From Marsupella aquatica (taxonomy: Eukaryota; Plantae; Marchantiophyta): DNA of 64,000 nucleotides. Position 1 is the first letter of the stretch. Each line of letters begins with the position of its first letter. This document shows, piece after piece, positions 51,388 to 63,969 of the stretch. The stretch is taken from assembly GCA_973895155.1 (NCBI GenBank), contig OZ316895.1, positions 1,626,412 through 1,690,411 on the forward strand. Direction: 5' to 3'. The translations under genes were made by a program, and so were the position numbers. Under the pieces are notes generated by a model. That model searched no databases and was not told the origin of the DNA. It saw only the letters and a program-made list of their open reading frames with translations.

Positions 51388-52935
51388 TCACGATGGTTTG
51401 TTGTTGACATCTTCAACTCGAATGGATGCAGTTGGCTTATAATTGACTAGCAACACACCTCCTATGGTGATTACTCCACCGAAGAGCTGTAATGGGCTCA
51501 GCGTTTCGTTCAGACACAGGAACCCAAAGAGCGCTGCAAACATTGGGGTCAAGAAAGTGAGAGAACTCAGCTTGGTCAAACTTCCTCTGGTAGCATTGTA
51601 GAAGAAGATACCATAGCTGATTGCACTTCCACCCACAGAAGTATACAGGAGAGCAGACCAGTCGCTGACAGTCAAATCTTGAATGTGACCATTGAGAGCA
51701 GGGTCTTGTTGAATTACTGCAAGTGCCAACAAGGGAATCCCACCCAATACGAGATGCCAACCCGTGGCCATGAAGGGATCTGAATATTGACAAACCCAGC
51801 GAACCATCACTGTGCCAACCGCCATGCTTTGGGCTGCAACAAGCATTCTCCATTCTCCACCCTCCCAAGAGGCCAATCCATTCAGTGTGGTACCATTCAG
51901 GAGAGAACTCCAATTTGAGCTGAATGCTATTGAGAAGAAGCTCTGCAAAGCATCCAAAGGTACCTCCAACAGGAAAAGTCCTGCTATGCCCAAAGCAAGG
52001 CCCATGTAGTTGGCCACACCCAAACTTTCTCCGAACAGAAGGGCTGCCAGGACGGCAACTGTCAAAGGCTGCGAATCGATTATGACGCTCCCTAAACCAG
52101 CGCTGGTCCGCTTCAACCCCTCTACTAGGAAACCTTGGAAACATGCAGCATCGATGAGGCCAAAGAGAGCAATTGTCCACCAAGCCATAAGACCTGTCGG
52201 TTGCTTTTTTCCAGAGAACGCTCCATAGCCAACGAGAAGGAAACCTGCAGGAATGAGTCTCACGGCTGCCACAAACATGGGGCCGGCTTTCGGGAGCAAC
52301 CCCTTCATGGCAACCATTGCAGTTCCCCAGAGAAAGAAAGGGCTAATGAGAACGAGAGTTTCTAGGATGCTATCCGGCCCCGCCACTGGAAATGGAACAT
52401 CCTCATTGTGTTTCTGGTCTTCCACCTGTGACAAGAACGACTCCAAGTACTCATAAGATGAATCGTCGGAGTCTGCCTTGGAAGAAACAGGAGTTTCCTC
52501 AGAAAATCTTGCTGATCCATTCGTAGTTTCTGCGTCTCCATCGTCTCTTGAGCCCACAAGCTCTGGGTCACGTGCAATTTTATCGTTAGCACTACTTCCG
52601 ATTCTGCCCAAGCGTGAGTGTCGGGAAGAGTGTGTTGTATAAAATAACTCTGATAAATAATCTTGCTCCCCTCGGAAGAAAGAACATCGTCCCTTCAATG
52701 AAGAAAAAGAATCGAGGCGGCGGCATTGGTGGATGCAAAAGAGCGCCTCACTGTGAGATGGGCGAGCTAATAGATTTCTGGAAACTGTGACTACATAAGA
52801 GGAATTGGGAAGCGAAGCGAATGAAGAATTTGTCGAAGACCGAACACCAAATTGGGCAAGTGAGAGCAAACAATTAATTCCACCACCTCTATAAGTTGGG
52901 GCACTAGTAATCAAAACTGATGACTGGTAAGCCAT
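51388..52935 (-). CDS. Plastid EamA/DMT transporter (WAT1-related At3g02690-like), intronless CDS
   Basis: Long Ser-rich transit peptide; ISPFFLWGTAMVAMK, FQGFLVEGLKRTSAGLGSVIIDSQPLTVAVLA and GSLTKLSSLTFLTPMFA; about 10 TM segments. A probable 5'UTR intron acceptor lies near 52979. Confidence 0.92.
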   Translation of the reverse strand: MAYQSSVLITSAPTYRGGGINCLLSLAQFGVRSSTNSSFASLPNSSYVVTVSRNLLARPSHSEALFCIHQCRRLDSFSSLKGRCSFFRGEQDYLSELFYTTHSSRHSRLGRIGSSANDKIARDPELVGSRDDGDAETTNGSARFSEETPVSSKADSDDSSYEYLESFLSQVEDQKHNEDVPFPVAGPDSILETLVLISPFFLWGTAMVAMKGLLPKAGPMFVAAVRLIPAGFLLVGYGAFSGKKQPTGLMAWWTIALFGLIDAACFQGFLVEGLKRTSAGLGSVIIDSQPLTVAVLAALLFGESLGVANYMGLALGIAGLFLLEVPLDALQSFFSIAFSSNWSSLLNGTTLNGLASWEGGEWRMLVAAQSMAVGTVMVRWVCQYSDPFMATGWHLVLGGIPLLALAVIQQDPALNGHIQDLTVSDWSALLYTSVGGSAISYGIFFYNATRGSLTKLSSLTFLTPMFAALFGFLCLNETLSPLQLFGGVITIGGVLLVNYKPTASIRVEDVNNKPS

Positions 52936-54149
52936 TATGAAGAGCCCTTAGCAAAGGTTGAAGATTCCACACTGCGAACCTGCCAGAAATTATGGACACA
53001 TATTAACTGGGTACCGTCTCAAGAATTTGTTTGGAAACCCTTCATGCCATTCTTCTAAACACAAAGTCATGGACGGTGATAATCGTCTCACTCCTCCAGC
53101 TCAAATTGAAAGCCTCGAACCTCAAGCTTTTCGGTAGACCCCTACAACATGTTATGCGCTCCAATCTCTTCGCTTGTCATCGCTGCTGACCTCCTCAAAG
53201 ACTCCACCTGATTTAATGACTCCGACGATATGTTCATTGTTCTCAAACATGACTGCAGCAGGATGGTCATGTCATGTGGTCACAGTGGAACGCCAACCCC
53301 CAAAACTCAGACACCGAATTTGGGTCACAAAACTTGATTATTTTGCTGCCACAAACCAATTCGAAGCATTTACACCAACGTTGAGTGGCAATGAATCTCC
53401 GTCCTCAAGCCAACCCCCACTTAATTTCCTGTATGCCATCAACCCGCCTCGATCCTAAAAAGCTTTCCGACTTCCAATCATCTGAATACTGTCATCCAGG
53501 AGAAACTTGCCGACGCGACTTCCGTTCGACCGCCATGCCATCCCGAGCTGACTAATTCGTGAAAATCCTGAATTTACGCCCGGCAAGGCATCAGGAATCG
53601 AGCGGATTCGCCATTTCTAGAGCTGCAAGGAAAATAGCTAGCATGCTTGCGCTCTTGCTGCTGGTCGACACGTCTCTCCCAGGAACGGCAATCCATGATC
53701 GAGTCTACTCAACATGCAGAGACTCCAGCCTCTCTCCATCTACTGACCTCAGAAGCTTTTTCTGATAGATGCACAGCACCAAATCTGTGAGCGAGAAAAG
53801 GAGAGAGAGAGAGAGAGAAAGTGGATGACATAGATATATTGACGGAGAGCGAGGCGAGGAATGGCTGAAACGAAAATACCGCAGGATTCAATTTTCTGTC
53901 GCTCACAGGACATGGGAAGTCCGCATCCACAGGGGACGAACGAAGGCCGTTCGATTTCGCAACTTGATATTGAATTCGCAACTTCATTCGTGGTCCACGT
54001 TCTGGTGTTGGAGCTCGAGTGGGGACCTCAAAAACTTTAGGATTCAACCAAGTGGCTCAGGTCAGTTGGGTGGGGGATTAGCCCAGCTCCAATCCCCCCT
54101 CCACAGGGTATATGTGTGTGGGTAGGATGGGTTAATTTTGCCGGTAGTG

Positions 54150-54311
54150 GGTGCGAGCTATGATTATCTACTCGGCCCCTGGTGGTCCACTTTGTGGCCT
54201 GGATTTAATTCTCTCTCTCACTCTTGGTGCGCGAGCTATGATTATCGATCTACTCGGCCCCTGGTTGTCCACTTTGTGGCATGGATATAATTCTCTCTCT
54301 CACTCTTGGTG
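54150..54311. repeat. Tandem duplication of about 80 bp
   Basis: GCGAGCTATGATTATC..TACTCGGCCCCTGGT.GTCCACTTTGTGGC.TGGAT.TAATTCTCTCTCTCACTCTTGGTGC occurs twice. Confidence 0.9.
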
Positions 54312-55343
54312 CAGTCCCTGTCTGATCAGTGTGGGCTCACCCTGAAATGGGTTCCCTACAATCAATGTATGTCACTATTAGGGTGTGTCAAAGCATCACT
54401 ATAACTCAGTTACAACTCATGACATAAAATGTTATTAGGGCCAGGACAAAATTGCTATGGGCTACCATAAGGGTGGTACGTCCAAAAAAATTAAGCTCTA
54501 ACACGGGAGAAGTTAACTTGACTCGCCTTATTGGGGTGGAGAGAAACTACTTAGTGTTCTTTCTCATTTCCATTCAAGGTTCCAAAAAAACTTTAGAATC
54601 GTAGTTGGGGATTTTTTATTCTTTTAAAGTTAGGTAAAATCTGTGAAACCCCACAAAAAGGGAACAGGCAGTCACAATTTGAACACTAGACCTATGAATC
54701 TCAACGCAAGTGAGCTATCGCATAACCATGCCTCTCTGGGCATCTTAGGGAATTAAAGCTCCCATGGATCACAATGTTTCACAACATGTTAGGATGAAGT
54801 TAACAAGATGTTAGGAAGTACTATCACAACCCACATAGACCATTCTAAAACACAAACACAATAAATAGCATCTTTCCTTTATGTAAATATTCATTTCATT
54901 GGATGTCAGAATGTGCTTGGTCTCATAGATGTTAGGAATTGACTCAAGTTCTCGAGTTCAGGTAGTCTGGCCTTACTAGGGCTAGTTAACCCTTGATTAC
55001 ATAATGATAAGATCTGCTTAGTTTAGACCCACACATTTAAACTAAGCCACAATAGGCGGAGGAAGGGAGGGGGAAACGGGGAGTGAGGGAGGGGGAAATG
55101 GGTGGGCCTCGGCAAGGTGTGCAAGGGGAGAGGAGAGGTAAGTTGGAAGGAGGGTGATGGAGAGAGTTCTCAGTACAGGCGAGGGGCCAAAATGGGTCAT
55201 TTGCGGGACGGCTTTGTTTGGGCCAGCGACGGGAGCGGGAGGGCTTTGTTCGGGCCGGCGACGGGAGCGGGATGGCTCCGTTCGGGCCGGCAATGGGAGT
55301 GCCTCAATGGGGAAGGGGTAGAGGGGCAGGGCTTAGCCCGGAC

Positions 55344-55663
55344 TGTTAGGATTTACTCTTAGGTCTAGAGTTACCACTGTACCGTAGTTAAGGCTAACCT
55401 TAGTCGTAGACTTGGTTAGGTTAGTCATGTTGTGCACACTCTATAACCAAGCGGTGTTTCCTTGGTGAGTGGGAACTCAGGCTCATTGTTACGGAGCTAG
55501 TTGAGAGATAGAGAGAGCTTGCGCTGTGGATGCTTGGAATGGCGATCGGCCTAGAGTGCAGTAAAGCTCTCATGTGGAGGTGAACAACGTATCTCTCTGT
55601 GTCGACTCTTGTGCGTTGGATGGTTCATGGGCTTGCCGTTGCGATTGTTGTCTATGCTCAACA
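55344..55663 (+). repeat. 5' LTR (320 bp)
   Basis: TGTTAGG...CTCAACA termini followed by a tRNA-iMet PBS. Confidence 0.92.
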
Positions 55664-58113
55664 AATGGTATCAGAGCATGTCTGGGAGGTGACGAGGTTT
55701 TTTCGTGACGGTTTTCCAGCGTTCATTGTTGGTGTTGCATTCGGGGTTTCGTCGCATGAAACTCGAATGTGTGTGGCTGAGCGAATAGGTTAGTGAGAGG
55801 ACTTTCTAACGGTGGTTAGAACTCGCTGATCGGTATCCGTGGTGCGGAGGAATTGAAGTTTGCGTCGTTCAGGGTTTATTCGTGTTCGACGGGATTTCGG
55901 GAGAGAGAGCAGAGATTTTTTTTTCAACAGTGTGAGTTGTGCCGTGCGGGAGGCATCGCATGTTATAGCTCAAGTTGAAGGTTGAAGCGAGCTGGTCGTT
56001 TTGGTACCTGGTTTGCTGCCGTTTGTGGAGCGAGTGCGTCGTGACGAGTGAAAGTTGAGTTCTGGTTTTTTGACAAGCTATGGTGCTTGTTTTTCCCTGA
56101 ACCGGATTACTTGTCGTGACGCTTGACTCGGAGGAAGAAACGCGAAGTGCTGAGGCTCAACGGAGAGATCGTGGTGAGGCGATCATTTTGAGTCCGAGAT
56201 TGGCCCTTGACGCGGAGAGAGTAAGACACGGCGGAGGTTTTCTCTTCTCTGGTGGAGCAGCAGACGTGCCGGTGCAATTTGGCAACATTATGTCGGCGGT
56301 CATCACTTTTCTCATTGGAAACCGAAGCGGAGGCACCTGAGGTTTGTAACACGGCCTTTGTGTCATTTTTTGGCACATTTTAAGGTTAGTTTAGGGCATT
56401 GTTTTGCCCCCATATGGCCTGTATACCTTCAAATCCCGACAAACCTACTTTGCCATATGCCCCGACGCGCGCCCTGGCCTCCCACACCCCTTTAAGCGCA
56501 AAAATGTGCTTTTTCTGGTGAAAATACACCCCAAAACGCCCTTATATGGCCCGAATACACAGAAATACGCGTGTTTTGACCCCTTTAAACCTGCTTTTTC
56601 ACATTTTTTGGCAGTTTATAGGCGATTCTAGTCGCGAATATGTGCGCCTTTTCCAGGGGCTTTAAGACCCCTTTAAAGTGTTTTTTTCTGATTTATTTTT
56701 TTCTCCTCCTCCTCCTCATTGGTTGTGCCGCATCTCGGGCCCTGTGACCCTCCATTTTAACCGCTTAGACAGGGGGAACGGCCCCCTGTGAGACCTGTCG
56801 GACTGTGCGGGAATATTCCCAAAAAACAGAGAGTTGTTTTTCGGCCATCCGACAAAGATTCCATCCACCGAACTGTTACTTTTTTGGTTCTTTTTCGGTG
56901 AGGTCGTAGTTATTGAAGTTGGCAACGCGGCGCAACGATCACATTGCGATTCCGACGATGAGTTGTACTTGGTATTTCGGTTATTCCTTGAGGTGGTCAA
57001 AACGGGGGAGTTTCCCAAGGTTTTACCCACCCCGACCGAAATTTGAATAACTTTTCCGTCAAATTTTGATTTTGATTTCGGTTTTCAGTATTGGACTCCT
57101 AGCTTCGTGGGCTACGCGGCGGTGTTGAGTTTCAAGTTTTTTGAGAAAGTGTGAAAAACGACATTTTTTGTGATTTTCTCATATGAGTTATTCGCAGGAG
57201 TTTTTCAAAGACGTGGAACTTGAAGCACGAGGATCACCGCGGCGGTTTGAGGTGCAGAGAGAGGAGCAAGAGGAAGAGCACGTGACACCGATACCATCAC
57301 CGGTGCGCGCGTGTGGTGGAGGAAGCAGTACTACTACCGGAGCTCACAGTAGTGCCAAAGAAGAAGATGGGGACTTTCAAGCTTGGGGGACCCAAGTATG
57401 AAGTGACAAAGTATGATGAACGCTCTGACTACTTGCTATGGGAGAAGCACGTGAAGGGAGTGCTCTAAGCGTCAGGGATGGGCCAACTGCTGAGCCCTCG
57501 TGAAGACGATGTTGATGAGAAACAATGGGACCGCATGCAGGAGCAGGGAGTGTGGTGTGTTACACTCTATCTCATGCCTCTCATCATCAAGCAGTTGGGT
57601 GCACATAAGGATTGCATGTCCTTGTTTGCGGAATTGCAGAGCAAGTATCATCGCAAGGAGTTGTCGAACCGGCTCTACACTTCCTACAAACTGATGAGTT
57701 TCAGGATGAAGGAATCCGGTACAAAGTTACAAGACCATGTGGATGCTTTCAACGACATGGTTGTTGACTTGGAAAATCTTGGGGAGACTTTGAATGATGA
57801 GACGAAGGCTCTGCAGCTTCTCAGTTCATTGCCTCCATCTTACCAATCCTTATCACGAGTGTTGTTGCATCGTGATAGGGATACCATTTCATACAATGAC
57901 GTGGTAAGTTCTCTGCTTAATGATGATCTTCAGCAGAAGATGCACATCACGTCACAACCTTCATCATCTGGTGCTGCCCTCAATGTTAGCCGTGGGAGGA
58001 GTATGTAGCGACCAACTGGGGACCGTAGAACCCAATTTAGATCTAAATCCAGATCTAAGTCCAGGGGTAAATCCCCTCAGAGGAGGCAGGTGACATGTTG
58101 GAAGTGCAACCAA

Positions 58114-60048
58114 CACTAGTACATATTTAGCTGATTTCCGATGCTCAATTTTTGCAAACAATCGGCGTCCGATTCTTTTAGAATTGGAAATTCCCATTAT
58201 CACAAAATGGCAATATGCCATACTCTCGGATTCGGATATCTTCATTTCCGATGTAATTAACAACGGAACCTTTCCGATGTGGTAAAAAACGGATCATATC
58301 CGTTACAAAATATATCGGATCCCCTAACAAAAAATTCGGGAAAAAATTTGATTGATATGTCCAATGTTTTTTGTAACAGAAATGATGTGCGTTTCAATAT
58401 TGATCGGAAAATTTCCGTAGTTGATAAAAACGGATATTATATCCGATTGTGGTAAAATGGCAAAGTCCAATGTTGAGAGAATGGGAAAGTCCGATGCTGC
58501 GAGAATGGGAAAGTCCGATGCTGGGAGAATGGGAAATTTTCATTTTGGCAAAACGACAAATTCCTATTGTGTTAGTGGGGCATGTAGTTGCACCGACATA
58601 CTCTTCCTAGAAAAGAGGATACAATCATTCTTGCATGTTTGAATGACTTCATACTTGAGGCAAATGGACTTAATTGAATGTTGTTCTTGCCTCCTTCCAA
58701 GACCCCAAAATATTGTTCCTTTTTGGCAATATTTGCTCAACATGCAAAATCAAAATTATCATCTAAAAGGAAATTGCTTGTCCCATGTAGTCTTTGTTGC
58801 AAGTCCAACAACAACATAGTTGATGAAAGATGAGACAATCAGGAGCTGCCCTTGACGCCAAGGCTTTGGAAGGACCAAAATATTAATCTTCCATAACTAA
58901 TAAACTATAATGATCTCATGTCAAGTTGGATGGAGGAGGGCTTTACTATTCACGAATGACCCCAAATTTCTATTGATTGCTCCAAGGGAATGTAAGAGGG
59001 TAATCGTAATTATAGATCACTCGATGCAAACATGCAATATCATGATAGAGCAAAACTGGGATTTATTAGTCTAATGCCACACTTTTGTGGCATAATCACT
59101 ACATTGCCACTCTTTTTCTTGTATTTATCACTCTGCCTCTCGTTTGAGTCATTGGTTAAGAAAAGTAATTCAGGTTAACTACCTAAGATCCGTCGTTGAG
59201 ATTTCTTTTGGTCTTCCCATTGGATGGTCGTCGCTTCCCTCACGGTTACATTTTGAACCCTTAGTATAGTTTGCGGAGGGGTGGGTCGGCTAATCCATTT
59301 CTCCTCCCCTCCATTTCTCTATCATCATAGTCGAGGCGCATTGGCTGCGTCTTTGCTCCACCCTTGCCACTATCGTTGCATCCTCATTTCCCGGCCCGAG
59401 TTGTGTTGTCGTTGACCCTGGCTGCCTCTAGCTTGGCTGGGGCTGCATTGTTGCATGTTTTCTGTTGGCCTCTCCTGACTCTGCCCATCTTAGGTCCAAA
59501 TTATGGGTCTTAATAAATTTAGAAGTGTATAATATCCCTAAACACTCCAAGTCAAACAATAAAAGTGTTAAGCTTGCATGTACATTGTGAGGGATAAGAA
59601 CCACAAAGTTAAGCTCATGTTGGAGGAATAGCAATTGGGATGGGTGACCACTTAGTTGAGGAATGAAGAGTTGAAATATCAAAGGAGATGGGCACCTCGG
59701 TCATGGTTGCAAAATGAAAGTAAATATACAAAGGAAGAGATAGGTGACCTGAGCACCCCGCGTCCGCTCCAATGTGTATCCCATTTTCATTGTTTTGCTC
59801 TTTCCCATTCTCCCAGCATTGGACTTTCCTATTCTCTTAGCATTGGACTTTCCCATTCTCTTAGCATCGGACTTTCCCATTCTTTCAGCATCGGACTTTC
59901 CGATTTAAGTCCGATTGTCGATATCCGATACTTTTATCATGGCATGTTACGATGCCGGCAGAATTGGATGTATGGTTTTTTCATATTTTGTTTTACAAAG
60001 ACATCCGATGTGGAGAGAATCGGAAAAAGGAGGTAAAATGTACTAGTG
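58114..60048. mobile_element. Non-autonomous CACTA (En/Spm) element nested in the copia gag zinc knuckle
   Basis: Termini CACTAGTACA / TGTACTAGTG; 3-bp TSD CAA (58111-58113 and 60049-60051); inverted subterminal repeats GAGAATGGGAAAGTCCGATGCT at about 58476-58535 and 59800-59900; no transposase ORF. Confidence 0.93.
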
Positions 60049-61637
60049 CAAGTTGGACACTTCAAGCGAGACTGTAAGGGAAAAGCAGCGGAATCGTCAT
60101 CGGCAAATGTGGCTAGGGCTGATGAAGAAGCTGATTTACTCAATGATGAGTATGTTTTATGAAGCTGGGGGTATGCCCTGTGCACGTCATCTAGGGTAGC
60201 AGATGATGTGTGGATTCTTGATTGTGCTTGCTCTTTTCATATTTGTTACATTCGTGAGTTTTTTAGTTCTTACTCTGTTTCAAACGGTTCAGTTCTGATG
60301 GGAAATGATCACTCCTGTCAAATTGAGGGAATTGGGTCTATGAAGATTCAAATGTTTGATAGCGCTGTGCGCACAGTGTCCGGAGTCAGGTATGTACCTG
60401 GCATGCGTAAGAATCTGATTTCACTTGGTGTGTTGGATTCAAATGGTCATCAATGGAGCGTTATTGATGGTGAACTTCAAGTCAGGTCGGGAGAGACAGT
60501 GATTTTGAAGGGGAGCAAACAAAAGAATTTGTATGTGTTACAGGGCAATACTGTATGTAAAGAGGCCAATGTAACCAAGTCTCACAAGAAGATGACTCAA
60601 CTATGGCATTCACGGTTAGGCCACATGAGTGAGAAGGGTTTGGCTATCTTACGGAAGAATGGACTCATTTCTGATTTGCAATCTTGTAAATTAGAGTTCT
60701 GTGAGCATTGCATTCTTGGAAAGCAGCATCGTCATGCTTTCGGTGTTGGAACTCATCGTTCCAAAGCGGTTCTTGAGTACATACATAGTGGCGTGTGGGG
60801 TCCATCCCCGACTCCCTCACATTCTGGAAAGTTGTACTATGTATCATTTATTGACGATTACTCAAGATTTGTGTGAATTTATTTTATGACGCATAAATCT
60901 GATGTCTTATCCATTTTTAAGAAGTGGAAGGCCCAAGTGGAGAATCAGACTGAAAACACAGTCAAGTGTTTGGATACAACGGTGAAGAGTCTGAGGTCAA
61001 ACAATGGCGGGGAGTACACTTCAATGGAATTTGAAGAGTACTGTTCAGAATAGGAGATAACTCGCCATCTCACCATAGTTTATACTTCGCAGCAGAATGG
61101 TGTCGTTGAGAGGCTCAATCGGACACTATTGGAGCGGTCACGGAGTATGTTGAGCCAATCAGGTTTACCACAGGAATTTTGGGCAGAAGCTGTGAATACC
61201 GCAACTTATTTGGTAAATCTTTCTCTTTCTAGTGCTATCAATTTCAAAATGCCGTTTGAGATGCGCTATAAGCGGCAAACAGACTATCATGGCTTGGTAG
61301 TTTTTGGAAGTGATGCATATGCTCTCACACCGAAGTAGAATAGGACCAAGTTGGATCCTACCTCCAAGAAATGTGTTTTTCTTGGGTACCAGAGTGGTGT
61401 GAAAGCCTATAGGCTATGGGATCCTATTGCCTGTAAGCTTGTTGTCAGTAGGGATGTTTCCTTCAATGAATCCAGATTATTGAAGGAGGGGGAGAATACT
61501 CAGATCTTCCGTACTAACAAAGGAAAATATCCTATCCCGGATCTCATTGAGGGGGAGATTGGTCATGAGGTGCATGACCGGAGAGAAGGAGTTGCTCCAA
61601 TTATGGAGTTGGTTCGTGTGCTAGAGGAACCAGAGGA

Positions 61638-61934
61638 CTCGGGGGTCTCATTATATGGGGACCTCCCCATCGCCTGCGACGTTTTTAGGGCTCGGACCCC
61701 CTAAAATGTAAGAAAAAAAATTTATTTTTTAACCCCTATAAAGTTGGAATATTCTTGGAATATTCTAAAAATTGGATTAAAAAGGCCCTAATGTTCTTAT
61801 AAGTCTCAAAATTGAATTTAAAAGACCCTATTGTTCTTCTACAAAAATTCTTAAGTCTTCCCTTAGAACCAATAAAATGACCCTATCCTTCGTCGCACGT
61901 GATATGCCATTTTTGTGGAAGTGAAACCCCCGAG
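61638..61934. mobile_element. MITE (297 bp) with 8-bp TSD, hAT-like, nested between copia integrase and RT
   Basis: TIR CTCGGGGGTCTCATT / AGTGAAACCCCCGAG; flanks CCAGAGGA (61630-61637) and CCAAAGGA (61935-61942); AT-rich interior. Confidence 0.82.
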
Positions 61935-63969
61935 CCAAAGGAGTTTATTGATGCTGTTGAGCAGCAAGTGGATGCTATTGAGCTTCAAATTGTACCAGCA
62001 CACGCAGATCAACCGGAGTCATCGGCTAGAAGAACATCTGGTCGCACTGTACGCGCTCCACCAAGGTATGGACAGTGGGTTGATTCATCTCAGTTGCAAG
62101 AGGAGGACTTTGTTACTGATGATGAGGGTGATGCGTTGATTTTGGAAGAAGGGGAACCTTCTTCATTTCATGAAGCAAGTGCTTCAAAGGAGAAGCAGGA
62201 GTGGACTGCAGCAATGCAAACGGAGATGCAGTCACTGAAGGACAACAAAACTTGGGAGCTTGTCAAGCTGTCTTAGGGACAGCAAGTGGTGGATAGCAAG
62301 TGGATATACAAGCTGAAGGATCAGTCCAAAGGAGGTGGATCGAAGGTCTACAAGGCTAGGTTGGTAGCCAAGGGATTCACACAGTAAAAAGGTGTGGATT
62401 ACAATGAGGTCTTCTCACCAGTTGCTAAGTACTCAACAATACGGCTATTGTGTGTGCTTGTTGTTATGTTTGGTCTGCTGCTAGATCAGATGGATGTTGT
62501 CACAACTTTCCTCTATGGCACCTTGGAAGAGGTGATCTTCATGAGACAGCCGCTAGGTTTTGTGAAGAAAGGGCAAGAGGATTTGGTTTGTAGATTGCTG
62601 AGATCCTTGTACAGGTTGAAGCAGTCACCAAGACAGTGGAATAAGCGGTTTGATGATTGGATCCGTGCACAAGGCTTTCACAGGAGTGTGTTTGACCCAT
62701 TTGTGTATCTTAAACCGGTGAAGAATGTTGTTTTTGGGTTCATTGTTTTAGTACTTTATGTGGATGACATGCTTATTGCGGCCAAGGATAGGTCTAAGAT
62801 TATTAAGCTCAAGGCACTGCTTAGTGGAGAGTTTAAGATGAAAGACTTAGGGTCAGCCAAGAGAATTTTGGGTATGGAGATCACTAGAGACTTGAAGGCT
62901 GGTAAGCTATGGTTGACGCAGAGCAGTTATGCGAGGAAGGTAATTGCAAGGTTCAACATGGGGGATAGCAAGCCAGTAAGTACCCCGTTGGCTCCACACT
63001 TCAAGTTGTCATAAGCTTTCTGTCCTACGGATGACACAGAGAAGGGGTTGATGTCAAAGGTTCCGTATGACAAGGCAGTGGGGAGTCTCATATATTTGAT
63101 GACTTGTACTAGACCTGATCTTGCCATGGCTATGGGCAAGGTGAGCAGGTACATGTCGAATCCAGGAAGGTACACTGGGAAGTAGTGAAGTGGATTATTC
63201 GGTATTTGAAGGGTACCGTGGATCATGGTCTACTGTTTGATGCACATGCTGATAATGCTAGATCATTGATGGGCTATGTAGATGCTGACTATGCACAGGA
63301 TTTGGATCGGAGGAGGTCAACAACAGGTTATGTGTTCACACTGGGAGGTGGATGCATAAGTTGGAGGTCTACCTTGCAGAAGTGTATTGCTCAGTCTACT
63401 ACAGAAGCGGAGTATGTTGCAGCAGCGGAAGCAGCAAAGGAAGCGATTTGGTTGGATAGACTGATCACTGAGATGGGATTGCTACAGGGGAATGTGAAGC
63501 TCCATTGTGATAGTCAGAGTGCGCTTCACCTTGCTGTGAACCAGGTGATGGACAGCAGAGTGAAGCACATTGACATCAGGTATCATTTTATCAGGCAAGC
63601 TGTGTCTGATAATATGTTTGAGCTAGTCAAGATTGACGTTAAACTCAACCCGGCTGACGCTTTTACCAAAGTGATTCCTTTGGAGAGTTTTTCTAGACAC
63701 CGTGATGCGTTGCAGGGTTTGCAATTGCCTCACAAGTAGGGTTACTTAACATTTGTGTAGATACTGAGATATGCTCTTGCTCATTCCTTGTATAGGCTAC
63801 GGCTTAGTTCTGGTCTACTCTCGTATAAAGAGGGAAAAACCGGTTTGGTTTTTCTTTCCAGAACTTCCCGCTGAGCAATCATATTGGTAGCAGTCTTTAC
63901 CCTCCACTAGACCAGAGTCAAGGGGGAGATTGTTAGGATTTACTCTTAGGTCTAGAGTTACGACTGTAC

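Larger units (their letters stand above)
57183..63739 (+). pseudogene. Copia gag-pol polyprotein disrupted by stops, frameshifts and two insertions
   Basis: gag (ALQLLSSLPPSY), split CCHC knuckle, protease WILDCACSFH, LWHSRLGH, integrase FIDDYSR..QNGVVER, RT YVDD and RNase H GYVDADYA..NPADAFTK. In-frame stops at about 57466, 58006, 60874, 61336, 62274 and 62385. Confidence 0.93.
55344..63969 (+). mobile_element. Degenerate Ty1/copia LTR retrotransposon (3' LTR interrupted; continues beyond the window)
   Basis: 5' LTR 55344-55663 (TG..CA), PBS TGGTATCAGAGC 55666-55677, gag-PR-INT-RT-RH order, PPT AAGGGGGAGAT 63920-63930, and a 3' LTR starting at 63931 that matches the 5' LTR start. Candidate TSD CGGAC at 55339-55343. 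Confidence 0.95.

Noticed and set aside
51437-52183. 248-aa alternative-frame ORF within the EamA gene
   Set aside because: Overlaps a well-conserved CDS and has no independent features.
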